Positions 26,772-34,204 of a DNA stretch of 64,000 nucleotides are shown here, piece by piece (the stretch's first letter is position 1; every line of letters begins with the position of its first letter). The notes below the pieces were generated by a model. The model was not told the origin of the DNA. It ran no database searches and saw nothing but the letters and a program-made list of their open reading frames with translations. The translations under genes and the position numbers were made by a program. This DNA comes from an uncultured Candidatus Saccharibacteria bacterium (GTDB lineage: Bacteria; Patescibacteriota; Minisyncoccia; UBA6257; 1-14-0-10-40-38), in assembly GCA_964434715.1 (NCBI GenBank), contig CAYSWC010000002.1, positions 10,609 to 74,608 of the forward strand. The letters are read 5' to 3'.

Positions 26772-28535
26772 TTATTTTTTTAAAAGTTCCTTGAAAATGT
26801 CAGCCGGGATTTTGACTGGCGATCGAATGGCTAATTCTTTAAGCTTCTTTTTGCCTCTTTGCTGTTTTTTCCAGAGTTTCATTTTCCTGGTCCGGTCGCC
26901 GCCGTAAAGATAGCCGGTCACGTCTTTGCGCAAGGCCGGGATAGTTTCCCGCGCAATAATCCTCCCGCCCGCCCGCGCCTGAATCGCTTGGGCAAACTGT
27001 TCGCGCGGCAGAAGTTTTTTTAATTTTCCCACAGTCGAGCGGGCTTCATATTCCAAATCTTTTTTGGGAACAATGCGGGTAAGACCATTAACCGTTTGTC
27101 CGGTTGCCAAAACTTCCAGTTTTAAAACATCGCCTCTTTCCCAACCGATGCTTTTATAGCTTAAAGAGGCAAAGCCCTCGGAAACCGACTTGAGTTTGTC
27201 GTCAAAATCACGGATCAAATCTCCAAGCGGCAGTTTAGTTTGGATTACGACTTTGTCGCCCCGCGTCTGGGTTTGAATTTCCGAAAGCCGAAAAATTTCC
27301 TTGAGCCGTAAAACATTGCCTAGATAGCGCGGCGGCGTTAAAATCTCGGCTTTAGTCATTGGTTCCAGCACCTCATAAGCATCATCGGGAAAATCTTTGG
27401 GATTGGTAATGGTAATCCAGCCGTTGCCTCTGATTTTGATCTGATAAGCCACCGAAGGAAAACTATGCACCGTCTTCACTTTGAATTCGCGGGCTAACCG
27501 TTCCGCCGTAATTTCAAAATGAAGCCGGCCCAAAAATCCGCCTTTAAAACCTCGGCCTAAGATTTCACTCATCTCCGGCTCAAAATAAAGCGCGGCGTCG
27601 TTAAGCCGCAGACGCGCCAAGGCCTGACGCAGATTATCATAGTCATTCGGGTCTTCAGGATAAAAGGAAACAAAAACCACTGGTTGCGGTTCTTGGTAGC
27701 CCGTCAAAGGCGGAGAGCCGATAGTGCCGCCGATTTTGATCTTGCCCGGGTCTTTGATGCCGGTCGCGATATAGCCAATCTCGCCGGCTTTAAGTTCTAA
27801 AGCCGGTTTTAAGGCCGGAGTAAAATAACCCACTTCCTTAATCGTCCCCTCTCTCCGAAACGAACCATTAAAGACGCGAACATAGGCAATCACGCCTTTG
27901 TGATCGTCATACACAGAGTCGAAAATGAGAGCTCTGCCCTCCGCAGACTTACGCTGACTGTCCGCGTCGGTCCGCGTATAGTCAGTTTTGGTCTGCGGGG
28001 GTGGAATCTTTTCTATAATAGCTTCGAGCAACGATTCCACCCCAGAGCCGGTTTTCCCGGAAACTAAATAAATTCTCTGGGCCGAGATATTTAGGAGTTC
28101 TGCCAGCTCATTTCTGGTTCGCTCAATCTGTTCCGGCAAGGCGGCATCAATTTTATTGACCGCCCCAATAATAGTCAGATTCGCCTTTTTGGCATGCTCA
28201 AAATTGGCTAAAGTCTGGGCTTGAATGCCTTGAGTGGCATCCACTAGTAAAATCGCGCCCTCAACCGCCGCCAAAGCCCGGGAAACCTCATAACTAAAGT
28301 CGCTATGTCCAGGGGTGTCGATAAGATTCAAGGTGTAGTCTTTGTATTGCATGCGCACGGGAGTCATCTTGATAGTGATGCCATGTTCACGTTCCAATTC
28401 CAATTGATCCAAGTATTGTGGCCGCATTGAGCGTTTTTCTATGGTTCCGGTAATTTCAAGAAAACGGTCAGCTAAGGTGGATTTTCCGTGGTCAATATGG
28501 GCGATGATGACAAAATTTCTGATGTTTTGATTCAT
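26772..28535 (-). CDS. lepA: translation elongation factor 4 (LepA)
   Basis: G1 AHIDHGKST, G3 DTPGH, G4 NKID, and the LepA-specific C-terminal domain (RDVTGYLYGGDRTRKMKLWKKQQRGKK). Confidence 0.9.
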   Translation of the reverse strand: MNQNIRNFVIIAHIDHGKSTLADRFLEITGTIEKRSMRPQYLDQLELEREHGITIKMTPVRMQYKDYTLNLIDTPGHSDFSYEVSRALAAVEGAILLVDATQGIQAQTLANFEHAKKANLTIIGAVNKIDAALPEQIERTRNELAELLNISAQRIYLVSGKTGSGVESLLEAIIEKIPPPQTKTDYTRTDADSQRKSAEGRALIFDSVYDDHKGVIAYVRVFNGSFRREGTIKEVGYFTPALKPALELKAGEIGYIATGIKDPGKIKIGGTIGSPPLTGYQEPQPVVFVSFYPEDPNDYDNLRQALARLRLNDAALYFEPEMSEILGRGFKGGFLGRLHFEITAERLAREFKVKTVHSFPSVAYQIKIRGNGWITITNPKDFPDDAYEVLEPMTKAEILTPPRYLGNVLRLKEIFRLSEIQTQTRGDKVVIQTKLPLGDLIRDFDDKLKSVSEGFASLSYKSIGWERGDVLKLEVLATGQTVNGLTRIVPKKDLEYEARSTVGKLKKLLPREQFAQAIQARAGGRIIARETIPALRKDVTGYLYGGDRTRKMKLWKKQQRGKKKLKELAIRSPVKIPADIFKELLKK

Positions 28536-28555
28536 TCCTTAAATTCTATAGACAA

Positions 28556-28579
28556 AATAAAAAAGATGCCAATGGCATC
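28556..28579 (-). terminator. intrinsic terminator upstream of lepA
   Basis: Minus strand gatgcc-at-tggcatc followed by ttttttatttt. Confidence 0.5.
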
Positions 28580-28846
28580 ATGAAAAAACAAAATTCGAAA
28601 AGGTCCCGATTTGATCTCGGGGTCCTTTCGAACCCCGCTCAATACATGTTCCCGGCTAAAGCCAAGTGGGTGGGCTCAATCTCGACCCCACAGGGTCGGA
28701 TGCTATCGCCCTCCCTGAACATAATTATTTGATCCGGAACTATGAGAGAGCGGGATCATTATCATTAACTACCCGCCGGAGCAAAAAGTCAACTCACACC
28801 CTGTGCATAACTTTTTCAGCAATCTGCCGGGCATTTTACTTCCTAT
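28580..28846. ncRNA. candidate structured RNA of unknown class in the ndk-lepA spacer
   Basis: An unusually long spacer, richer in GC than other spacers. Nested helices: gggtgggc/gccctccc enclosing cgaccc-caca-gggtcg, cccga-tttgatc-tcggg, and agcggg...cccgc. It ends at the terminator above. Confidence 0.2.
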
Positions 28847-29431
28847 TTATTCATCAACACCAAATCTCTTATAGCTATAAATCGGATGGCTCTTGAACCA
28901 AAATTCAATTTCATGCTTGGCTTCTTCCGGAGTTTCCGAAGCATGGACCAAATTCATAACCGCCCGTTTCTCCTTATTGGCCAAAGCCGGCGAGTCCGCT
29001 GAAAAATCGCCGCGAATGGTGCCCATCTCGGCTTGATAAGGCATTGTGAGGCCGACAATTTTTCTCACCATATCAACGGCGTGGATGCCTTGAATCACCA
29101 TGCGCACCAAGGGAGCCGAGGTCATATAATCAATAAGCCACTTACGGACTTGTTTGCCGATGGCTGTGGGATCAGCTGTTCCCAATTCTTTTTTGGCGTC
29201 ATAGCCGTATTTTTGATAAGTAGTCAAGGTTTTTTCGCCCAAGCGATGAATCCATTTAGGATCTTTGGGATAATGCTTGTCCACCTGCTCCTTGGTTGGC
29301 TGAAACATCTCCAAAGCGACAATCTTTAAATCGCGCTGTTCAAAGCGCTTGATGATTTCGCCAATCAAACCCTTGCGCACGCCGTCGGGCTTAATCATTA
29401 AAAAAGTTTTTTCTTCCTTAGGATGCAGCAT
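28847..29431 (-). CDS. ndk: nucleoside diphosphate kinase with ~40-aa internal insertion
   Basis: TFLMIKPDGV, the catalytic-His region NLVHASET, and Kpn-loop context. 194 aa versus about 140-150 typical. Confidence 0.85.
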   Translation of the reverse strand: MLHPKEEKTFLMIKPDGVRKGLIGEIIKRFEQRDLKIVALEMFQPTKEQVDKHYPKDPKWIHRLGEKTLTTYQKYGYDAKKELGTADPTAIGKQVRKWLIDYMTSAPLVRMVIQGIHAVDMVRKIVGLTMPYQAEMGTIRGDFSADSPALANKEKRAVMNLVHASETPEEAKHEIEFWFKSHPIYSYKRFGVDE

Positions 29432-29472
29432 ATTGGCTACGAAATACGAAATTCCTACGAATATACGAAAAC

Positions 29473-30879
29473 CTATTGTTTATTTTTTTCGACTTTTAGC
29501 TTAAGTTCTTTAAGCTGTTCCCCGGTAACTTCGCTCGGCGCATTCATCATTAAATCTTTTCCGTCGCCGGTCTTGGGAAAAGCAATCACTTCGCGGATAT
29601 TTGGCTCATTTTGCATGATCATTACAAATCTGTCAATACCCGGCGCAATGCCGCCGTGCGGCGGCGCGCCTGATTTTAACGCTTGTAGCATATGTCCGAA
29701 CTTTTCGTCAATGTCTTTTTTCTTATGACCCATAACTTCAAAAACTGCTTCCAAAAGTTGGGGGTTGTGGATGCGGATTGAGCCGCCGCCGATTTCATAG
29801 CCGTTTAAGACAAAATCATACTGAAAGGCTAAAATCTTTGATGGATCATCTTTGAAAAGTTCTTTTAATTCTTTCGCGCTTTTAACCTGCGGCATAGTAA
29901 ACGGATGGTGCACTGCATCCCAGCGTTTCTCTGTCTCGCGCCATTCAAACATCGGAAAATCAACGACATAGGCAAAAGCCAGTTCATTGGGATCGCTTTT
30001 ATTCTCCCGCAAATCAGGTTTTTCGCTTTTATGCTTTTCCATCACTTCTTGAAATTTCAGCCGCGGAAACGGCTTTTGCGTAATATGGTGATTTGGGAAA
30101 AGCTTCTCCACCAAGGCGGTAAAAAGTTCTTCGGTTAAATTCAAAACATCGTCGGCAGTTACAAAACTCATCTCCAAATCCAATTGGGTAAATTCCGGCT
30201 GGCGGTCGCCTCTCGTGTCTTCATCTCTGAAGCATCGCGCAATTTGGAAATATCTTTCCAAACCGGCAACCATTAGAAGCTGTTTGTACTGCTGGGGCGA
30301 TTGGGGCAAGGCGTAAAATTTTCCCGGCTCTAACCGTGCTGGTACGAGATAGTCGCGCGCGCCCTCGGGCGTGGACTTGCCCAAAATTGGCGTTTCAATT
30401 TCAGCAAAATCGCGCTCGGTTAAGAATTCCCGGACAAACTCTAAAACTTTGTGGCGCAGACGCAAGTTTTTCTGCAATCGCGGCCGACGCAAATCAAGAT
30501 AACGATACTGCATCCGAACTTCTTCGTTAATCTCATAGCCATCAGTATCAATCGCAATCGGCGGCGTCTCTGCCTCGGCTAAAACTTCCAAATGATTTAC
30601 TTGAATCTCAACTTGGCCAGTTGCAAGTTCCGGATTTTCCATTCCTTTGGGCCGCTTCGCAACCTTGCCTTTTATGCTAATTACCCATTCAGGTCTCAAT
30701 TTCTCGGCTTTTTCATAAACTAATTTTTCTGCTGGTGTGAAAACAAGCTGGGCAATGCCGCTCCTGTCCCTTAAATCAATAAAAATAATCTTGCCGTGAT
30801 CGCGCCTTGTCCCCACCCAACCGGCCAGTTCCACTTCTTGATTTTCTTTAGTTACGATTTCTTTTGCTAGAATACGCAT
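29473..30879 (-). CDS. aspS: aspartyl-tRNA synthetase, bacterial-type core lacking the GAD insertion domain
   Basis: Class II motifs FRDEDTRGDRQPEFTQLDLEMSF, HHPFTMP and GGIAPGIDR. The segment between KPDLR and DFPMFE is only about 15 aa. Confidence 0.9.
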   Translation of the reverse strand: MRILAKEIVTKENQEVELAGWVGTRRDHGKIIFIDLRDRSGIAQLVFTPAEKLVYEKAEKLRPEWVISIKGKVAKRPKGMENPELATGQVEIQVNHLEVLAEAETPPIAIDTDGYEINEEVRMQYRYLDLRRPRLQKNLRLRHKVLEFVREFLTERDFAEIETPILGKSTPEGARDYLVPARLEPGKFYALPQSPQQYKQLLMVAGLERYFQIARCFRDEDTRGDRQPEFTQLDLEMSFVTADDVLNLTEELFTALVEKLFPNHHITQKPFPRLKFQEVMEKHKSEKPDLRENKSDPNELAFAYVVDFPMFEWRETEKRWDAVHHPFTMPQVKSAKELKELFKDDPSKILAFQYDFVLNGYEIGGGSIRIHNPQLLEAVFEVMGHKKKDIDEKFGHMLQALKSGAPPHGGIAPGIDRFVMIMQNEPNIREVIAFPKTGDGKDLMMNAPSEVTGEQLKELKLKVEKNKQ

Positions 30880-30914
30880 AAATCAAGTCTATCATAACAA
30901 GAAAAATTTTAAAA

Positions 30915-31808
30915 TTATGGCTTTTCGGCATAAACCGACAAAGAGTCATTATTAACGGCTACTTTCACTGTGCCGTTATTATCAGTTCGGAAAATCCTTC
31001 CGCCTCCCTCCCCCAACCTCTGAAGCGCCTCTTTAGTGGGATGACCATAGCTGTTTTTGCCGACCCCGATTACCGCTAATTGCGGCTTAACTTTTTCCAA
31101 AAACTCACGGCTGGAGGAAAATTTAGAGCCGTGATGGGGAACTTTTAAAATTTGGGATTGAAGATCGTATTTTTGAACCAATTGTTTTTCAACACTAAAA
31201 CCGATATCGCCAGTATAAAGAGTCCGCAATCCTTCCTGCTCCAGCATCAAAATCAGACTGGTATCGTTAATTTCCTTGCTTAATAAATTTTGTTCATTGG
31301 GCGCGAGAACTAAAAATATGCTGTCGCGGTATTTAATCTTATCTCCTTCGCCTAAAACAATATAAGGAACTTGTTTTTCTTTAAGAGTCTCAATCAGAAC
31401 TTGGTAGCTTTCAGTCTCGCCTTTGCGGCCATTGCCTATAAAAGCGCCGACCCCGTATTTCTCAAGCACATCAATCAAGCCGCCAAAATGATCCAGCTGC
31501 GGATGAGATATTACTATTAAATCAATATAAGTATCGGTAGCCGGCAAAATTTCAGCAAGTTCGCTTAAAATCTTTGAATTCGCGGGTCCGCCGTCAATTA
31601 AAACCTGCACCCCCGGAGCTCCGGCGGAGGGCAAATTAACCAACTGACTATCCCCTTGCCCGACATCCAGAAAATACAATTCCAGATTGCCTTTCTCCTT
31701 CGGGAAAAGAATAAAGTACCAAATTACCGCATCTAAGAGCGCAAACGACGCAATGACAAGTAAAACCGTCTTATACTTTTTGAGAAATTTGAATTTTTCT
31801 TCGCGCAT
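30915..31808 (-). CDS. MBL-fold hydrolase (ComEC C-terminal domain-like) with own N-terminal TM
   Basis: Metallo-beta-lactamase motifs VISHPQLDHFGG and KVPHHGS. Overlaps the comEC 3' end by 38 nt. Confidence 0.75.
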   Translation of the reverse strand: MREEKFKFLKKYKTVLLVIASFALLDAVIWYFILFPKEKGNLELYFLDVGQGDSQLVNLPSAGAPGVQVLIDGGPANSKILSELAEILPATDTYIDLIVISHPQLDHFGGLIDVLEKYGVGAFIGNGRKGETESYQVLIETLKEKQVPYIVLGEGDKIKYRDSIFLVLAPNEQNLLSKEINDTSLILMLEQEGLRTLYTGDIGFSVEKQLVQKYDLQSQILKVPHHGSKFSSSREFLEKVKPQLAVIGVGKNSYGHPTKEALQRLGEGGGRIFRTDNNGTVKVAVNNDSLSVYAEKP

Positions 31809-33207
31809 GAATTATTAGCCAAACGAGCAGGCCATAATAGATTAATGATAGCAGAACGCCAAACCGCTCAACTGAAATTTGAAAATTGATTTTTGAGAAC
31901 AAATCAATCACGCCGATCTCATAACTTAAAAAAAGATTGGCCAGCCAGCCCACGACTTGGGCCAAATAATAAGAAATGATTCCCGAAAGTGTCATGAGTA
32001 ATCCCAAAAACATGGTCATGGGAATAAAAGTGAGGATCAAAACATTGGTCAAAAATGAAATTGGCGAAAATAAGCCAAAATTGGAAAGCAATATCGGCAA
32101 AACCGCAAATTGTGCTGAAACAGTAGTCCATAAGTTCTCCCGCCATTTTAAAAATCCCGGCTCCGGCTTTATTTTCAAAAGCTTTTTGATAGCCGGCTCG
32201 AGGTACATTAGTCCCAAAACGGCGGCGAATGATAACTGAAATCCAATATCCCAAACCAAAATTTTCGGATTGAATAAAATCATTAAAAAAGCGGCAATTA
32301 CAATGGAGTTCCGAAAACTGTAAAGCCGCTCTGCCTGACCGGCGAGTAAAACCAGAAAAGCCATGATGGCCGCCCGAACCACCGAAGCTTCGGCGCCGGT
32401 CATAATGACAAAAAGAATGATGACTAACGTGGAGAGCCAAAAAACCTTGCGCCGGGAGAAATAATATCCCAAAGCCAGCATCACTCCTTTCGCAATTACG
32501 CTGATGTTGTAGCCGGAGAGCGCCACCAAATGACTGGTGCCGGTCAAACTCATTTTTTCGCGAAACTCTTTGGAAAATTCAGCAGTTTCACCTAAGGTGA
32601 GTCCAGCCATAAAAGCGGCTTTCTCCGGCGGCAGGACACGCTGAAAGGTTGATTCGGCATATGATTTGACTTTAAAAAGTGCTGATTTTATCGGCGAACC
32701 TTGATTGCTTTCTAAAAGTGTGATTTCCGGAAAACTGGCAGTTCCGAAAATCCCTTCTTTTTCAAAATATTTCTCGGACTGTTCGCTTGGTTCTTTAATC
32801 GTGCCTTGAACTTCCACCAAATCGCCGTAGTTCCAAGAGGGATATCGCGGGGCTGTAATTCTAACTCTCCCGCAATACGGCTCTTTGAGTTCTAAAACCA
32901 AATTTTGCTGATTTAAGCCGATTGAAACCTTTTGGATTACACCGGTAAAGGTCGCCTTATCGCCAAACGGAATATTAAAATCTTTCTGCCGAGTATCAAA
33001 AATAAAATAATATCCGCCTCCTAAGATAATTGCGAGTGATAAAATCGCGAGCCAATGCTTCCCGAAAATAAAAGCGACAACGGAAATAAATAAAGTAATC
33101 AAAACAATTGCTAAAATCTTTTCTTGCCAATCGTTTATAAGGCTTGCAAGTAAAACACCAACTAGGAAAAAACTTACTCCCCAAAAAGCTTTATCGTGAA
33201 GAGGCAT
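31771..33207 (-). CDS. comEC: DNA internalisation competence protein ComEC/Rec2 (membrane part)
   Basis: N-terminal OB-like region and a polytopic Competence domain (TGTSHLVALSGYNISV). Confidence 0.8.
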   Translation of the reverse strand: MPLHDKAFWGVSFFLVGVLLASLINDWQEKILAIVLITLFISVVAFIFGKHWLAILSLAIILGGGYYFIFDTRQKDFNIPFGDKATFTGVIQKVSIGLNQQNLVLELKEPYCGRVRITAPRYPSWNYGDLVEVQGTIKEPSEQSEKYFEKEGIFGTASFPEITLLESNQGSPIKSALFKVKSYAESTFQRVLPPEKAAFMAGLTLGETAEFSKEFREKMSLTGTSHLVALSGYNISVIAKGVMLALGYYFSRRKVFWLSTLVIILFVIMTGAEASVVRAAIMAFLVLLAGQAERLYSFRNSIVIAAFLMILFNPKILVWDIGFQLSFAAVLGLMYLEPAIKKLLKIKPEPGFLKWRENLWTTVSAQFAVLPILLSNFGLFSPISFLTNVLILTFIPMTMFLGLLMTLSGIISYYLAQVVGWLANLFLSYEIGVIDLFSKINFQISVERFGVLLSLIYYGLLVWLIIHARRKIQISQKV

Positions 33208-33210
33208 AAT

Positions 33211-33256
33211 CCACTAATGCTCACTAATCGGTCACTAATGACACTAATAAACCACG
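33211..33256. repeat. left arm of inverted repeat built from CACTAAT heptamers
   Basis: ccactaatgctcactaatcggtcactaatgacactaataaaccacg. Overlaps the stop codon of the GxxExxY gene. Confidence 0.7.
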
Positions 33257-33645
33257 CGGCGATATTCTAAATCCCTGTGGCTAAAATTCGCGATGATCCC
33301 CAATTTCAATCCTGTAGATTCTAAATATCGCAAAACTTGCCTTATTTCATCGTCGCTAATTCTCCAGATCTTTTTCGTTTCTAAGATTAATTTATTATCA
33401 ATTACAAAATCTATGAAAAATTTACCCAAGTCTTCATTTTTAAACTTTATTTTAGTCATAACCTCGCGATCGTAAGTAACGCCTAGCGATTTCAATTTAA
33501 TTTCTATCGCACGCTGATAATGCTTCTCTTGATACTTATTACCTAATTCATTATGAACGTCAAATAAAATACCCATTGTCTGATAGCTTAATTCGGGATA
33601 AATTAGTTTCGTATTCGTGCTTATTCGTGGTTTATTAGTGCTCAT
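33244..33645 (-). CDS. GxxExxY family protein (PD-(D/E)XK nuclease superfamily)
   Basis: ELSYQTMGILFDVHNELGNKYQEKHYQRA...DFVIDNKLILETKK, the typical GxxExxY family pattern. Confidence 0.7.
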   Translation of the reverse strand: MSTNKPRISTNTKLIYPELSYQTMGILFDVHNELGNKYQEKHYQRAIEIKLKSLGVTYDREVMTKIKFKNEDLGKFFIDFVIDNKLILETKKIWRISDDEIRQVLRYLESTGLKLGIIANFSHRDLEYRRVVY

Positions 33646-33651
33646 TAGTGG
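33606..33651. repeat. right arm of inverted repeat (reverse complement of CACTAAT arm)
   Basis: The reverse complement reads ccactaatgagcactaataaaccacgaataagcacgaatac. It shares ccactaatg and cactaataaaccacg with the left arm and overlaps the start codon. Confidence 0.7.
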
Positions 33652-33652
33652 C

Positions 33653-34204
33653 TTAGAACTCCATCGCTATCTTTGCCAATTTTCCGTCATTAAACGGATG
33701 CTTGATTTCTTTCATCTCGGTTACCAAATCGGCGCGGTCAATAAATTCCTGGGGCGCGCCGCGGCCGGTAAAAATTACAAATTTCTCCGGCGGCAAATCT
33801 TTAACTGCCCCTAAAACTTCGTCGACCGTTAGTAAACCGAGGGATGTCGCGACGTTAATTTCGTCCAAAATAACCATTTGCCATTCGCTATTTGCAATTT
33901 GCTCTTTGGCATATTCTAGTGCTTGCCTCGCGGCTTTTGCGTGTTCCTCCTTTGGTAACTTATCGCCTAAAATCCCTACGAAACCTAATCCCATTTTCCT
34001 AATTTGGAATTTGGGAATTTGCTTGTCCGCCGAAGCTTCGGCGAAGGCGGAGAATTTCTCGGCGAAGTAATCTTCGCCCGAGCGCCACGGTCCTTTAATA
34101 AACTGAATCATCAAAACATTTTTGCCGCGGCCTAAAGTCCGAACCGCCTGGCCCAAGGCCGCCGTGGTTTTCCCCTTGCCGTTGCCGGTGAAAATTATAA
34201 GCAC
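33653..34204 (-). CDS. cob(I)yrinic acid a,c-diamide adenosyltransferase (CobA/BtuR type)
   Basis: P-loop GNGKGKTTAALG, IQFIKG, and ILDEI...LVTEMKEIKHP. Confidence 0.75.
   Translation of the reverse strand: MLIIFTGNGKGKTTAALGQAVRTLGRGKNVLMIQFIKGPWRSGEDYFAEKFSAFAEASADKQIPKFQIRKMGLGFVGILGDKLPKEEHAKAARQALEYAKEQIANSEWQMVILDEINVATSLGLLTVDEVLGAVKDLPPEKFVIFTGRGAPQEFIDRADLVTEMKEIKHPFNDGKLAKIAMEF

Noticed and set aside
28580-28846. Attempted identification of the ndk-lepA spacer as RNase P RNA, SRP RNA, tmRNA or a TPP riboswitch.
   Set aside because: Only weak resemblances were found (gaaaaggtcccga versus GGAAAGUCCGGG, and gttcccggctaa versus GAACCCGGCUUA, but about 55 nt apart instead of about 250). 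There is no GGAAGCAGC SRP core, no tRNA-like 3' end with CCA, and the TPP motif order is wrong.
31771-31808. 38-nt overlap between comEC and the MBL-domain gene as a possible frameshifted (pseudogenised) single ComEC.
   Set aside because: The MBL ORF has its own start and its own N-terminal TM helix, and both frames are otherwise intact. A genuine split gene is more likely than a sequencing or decay frameshift, though this cannot be proven here.
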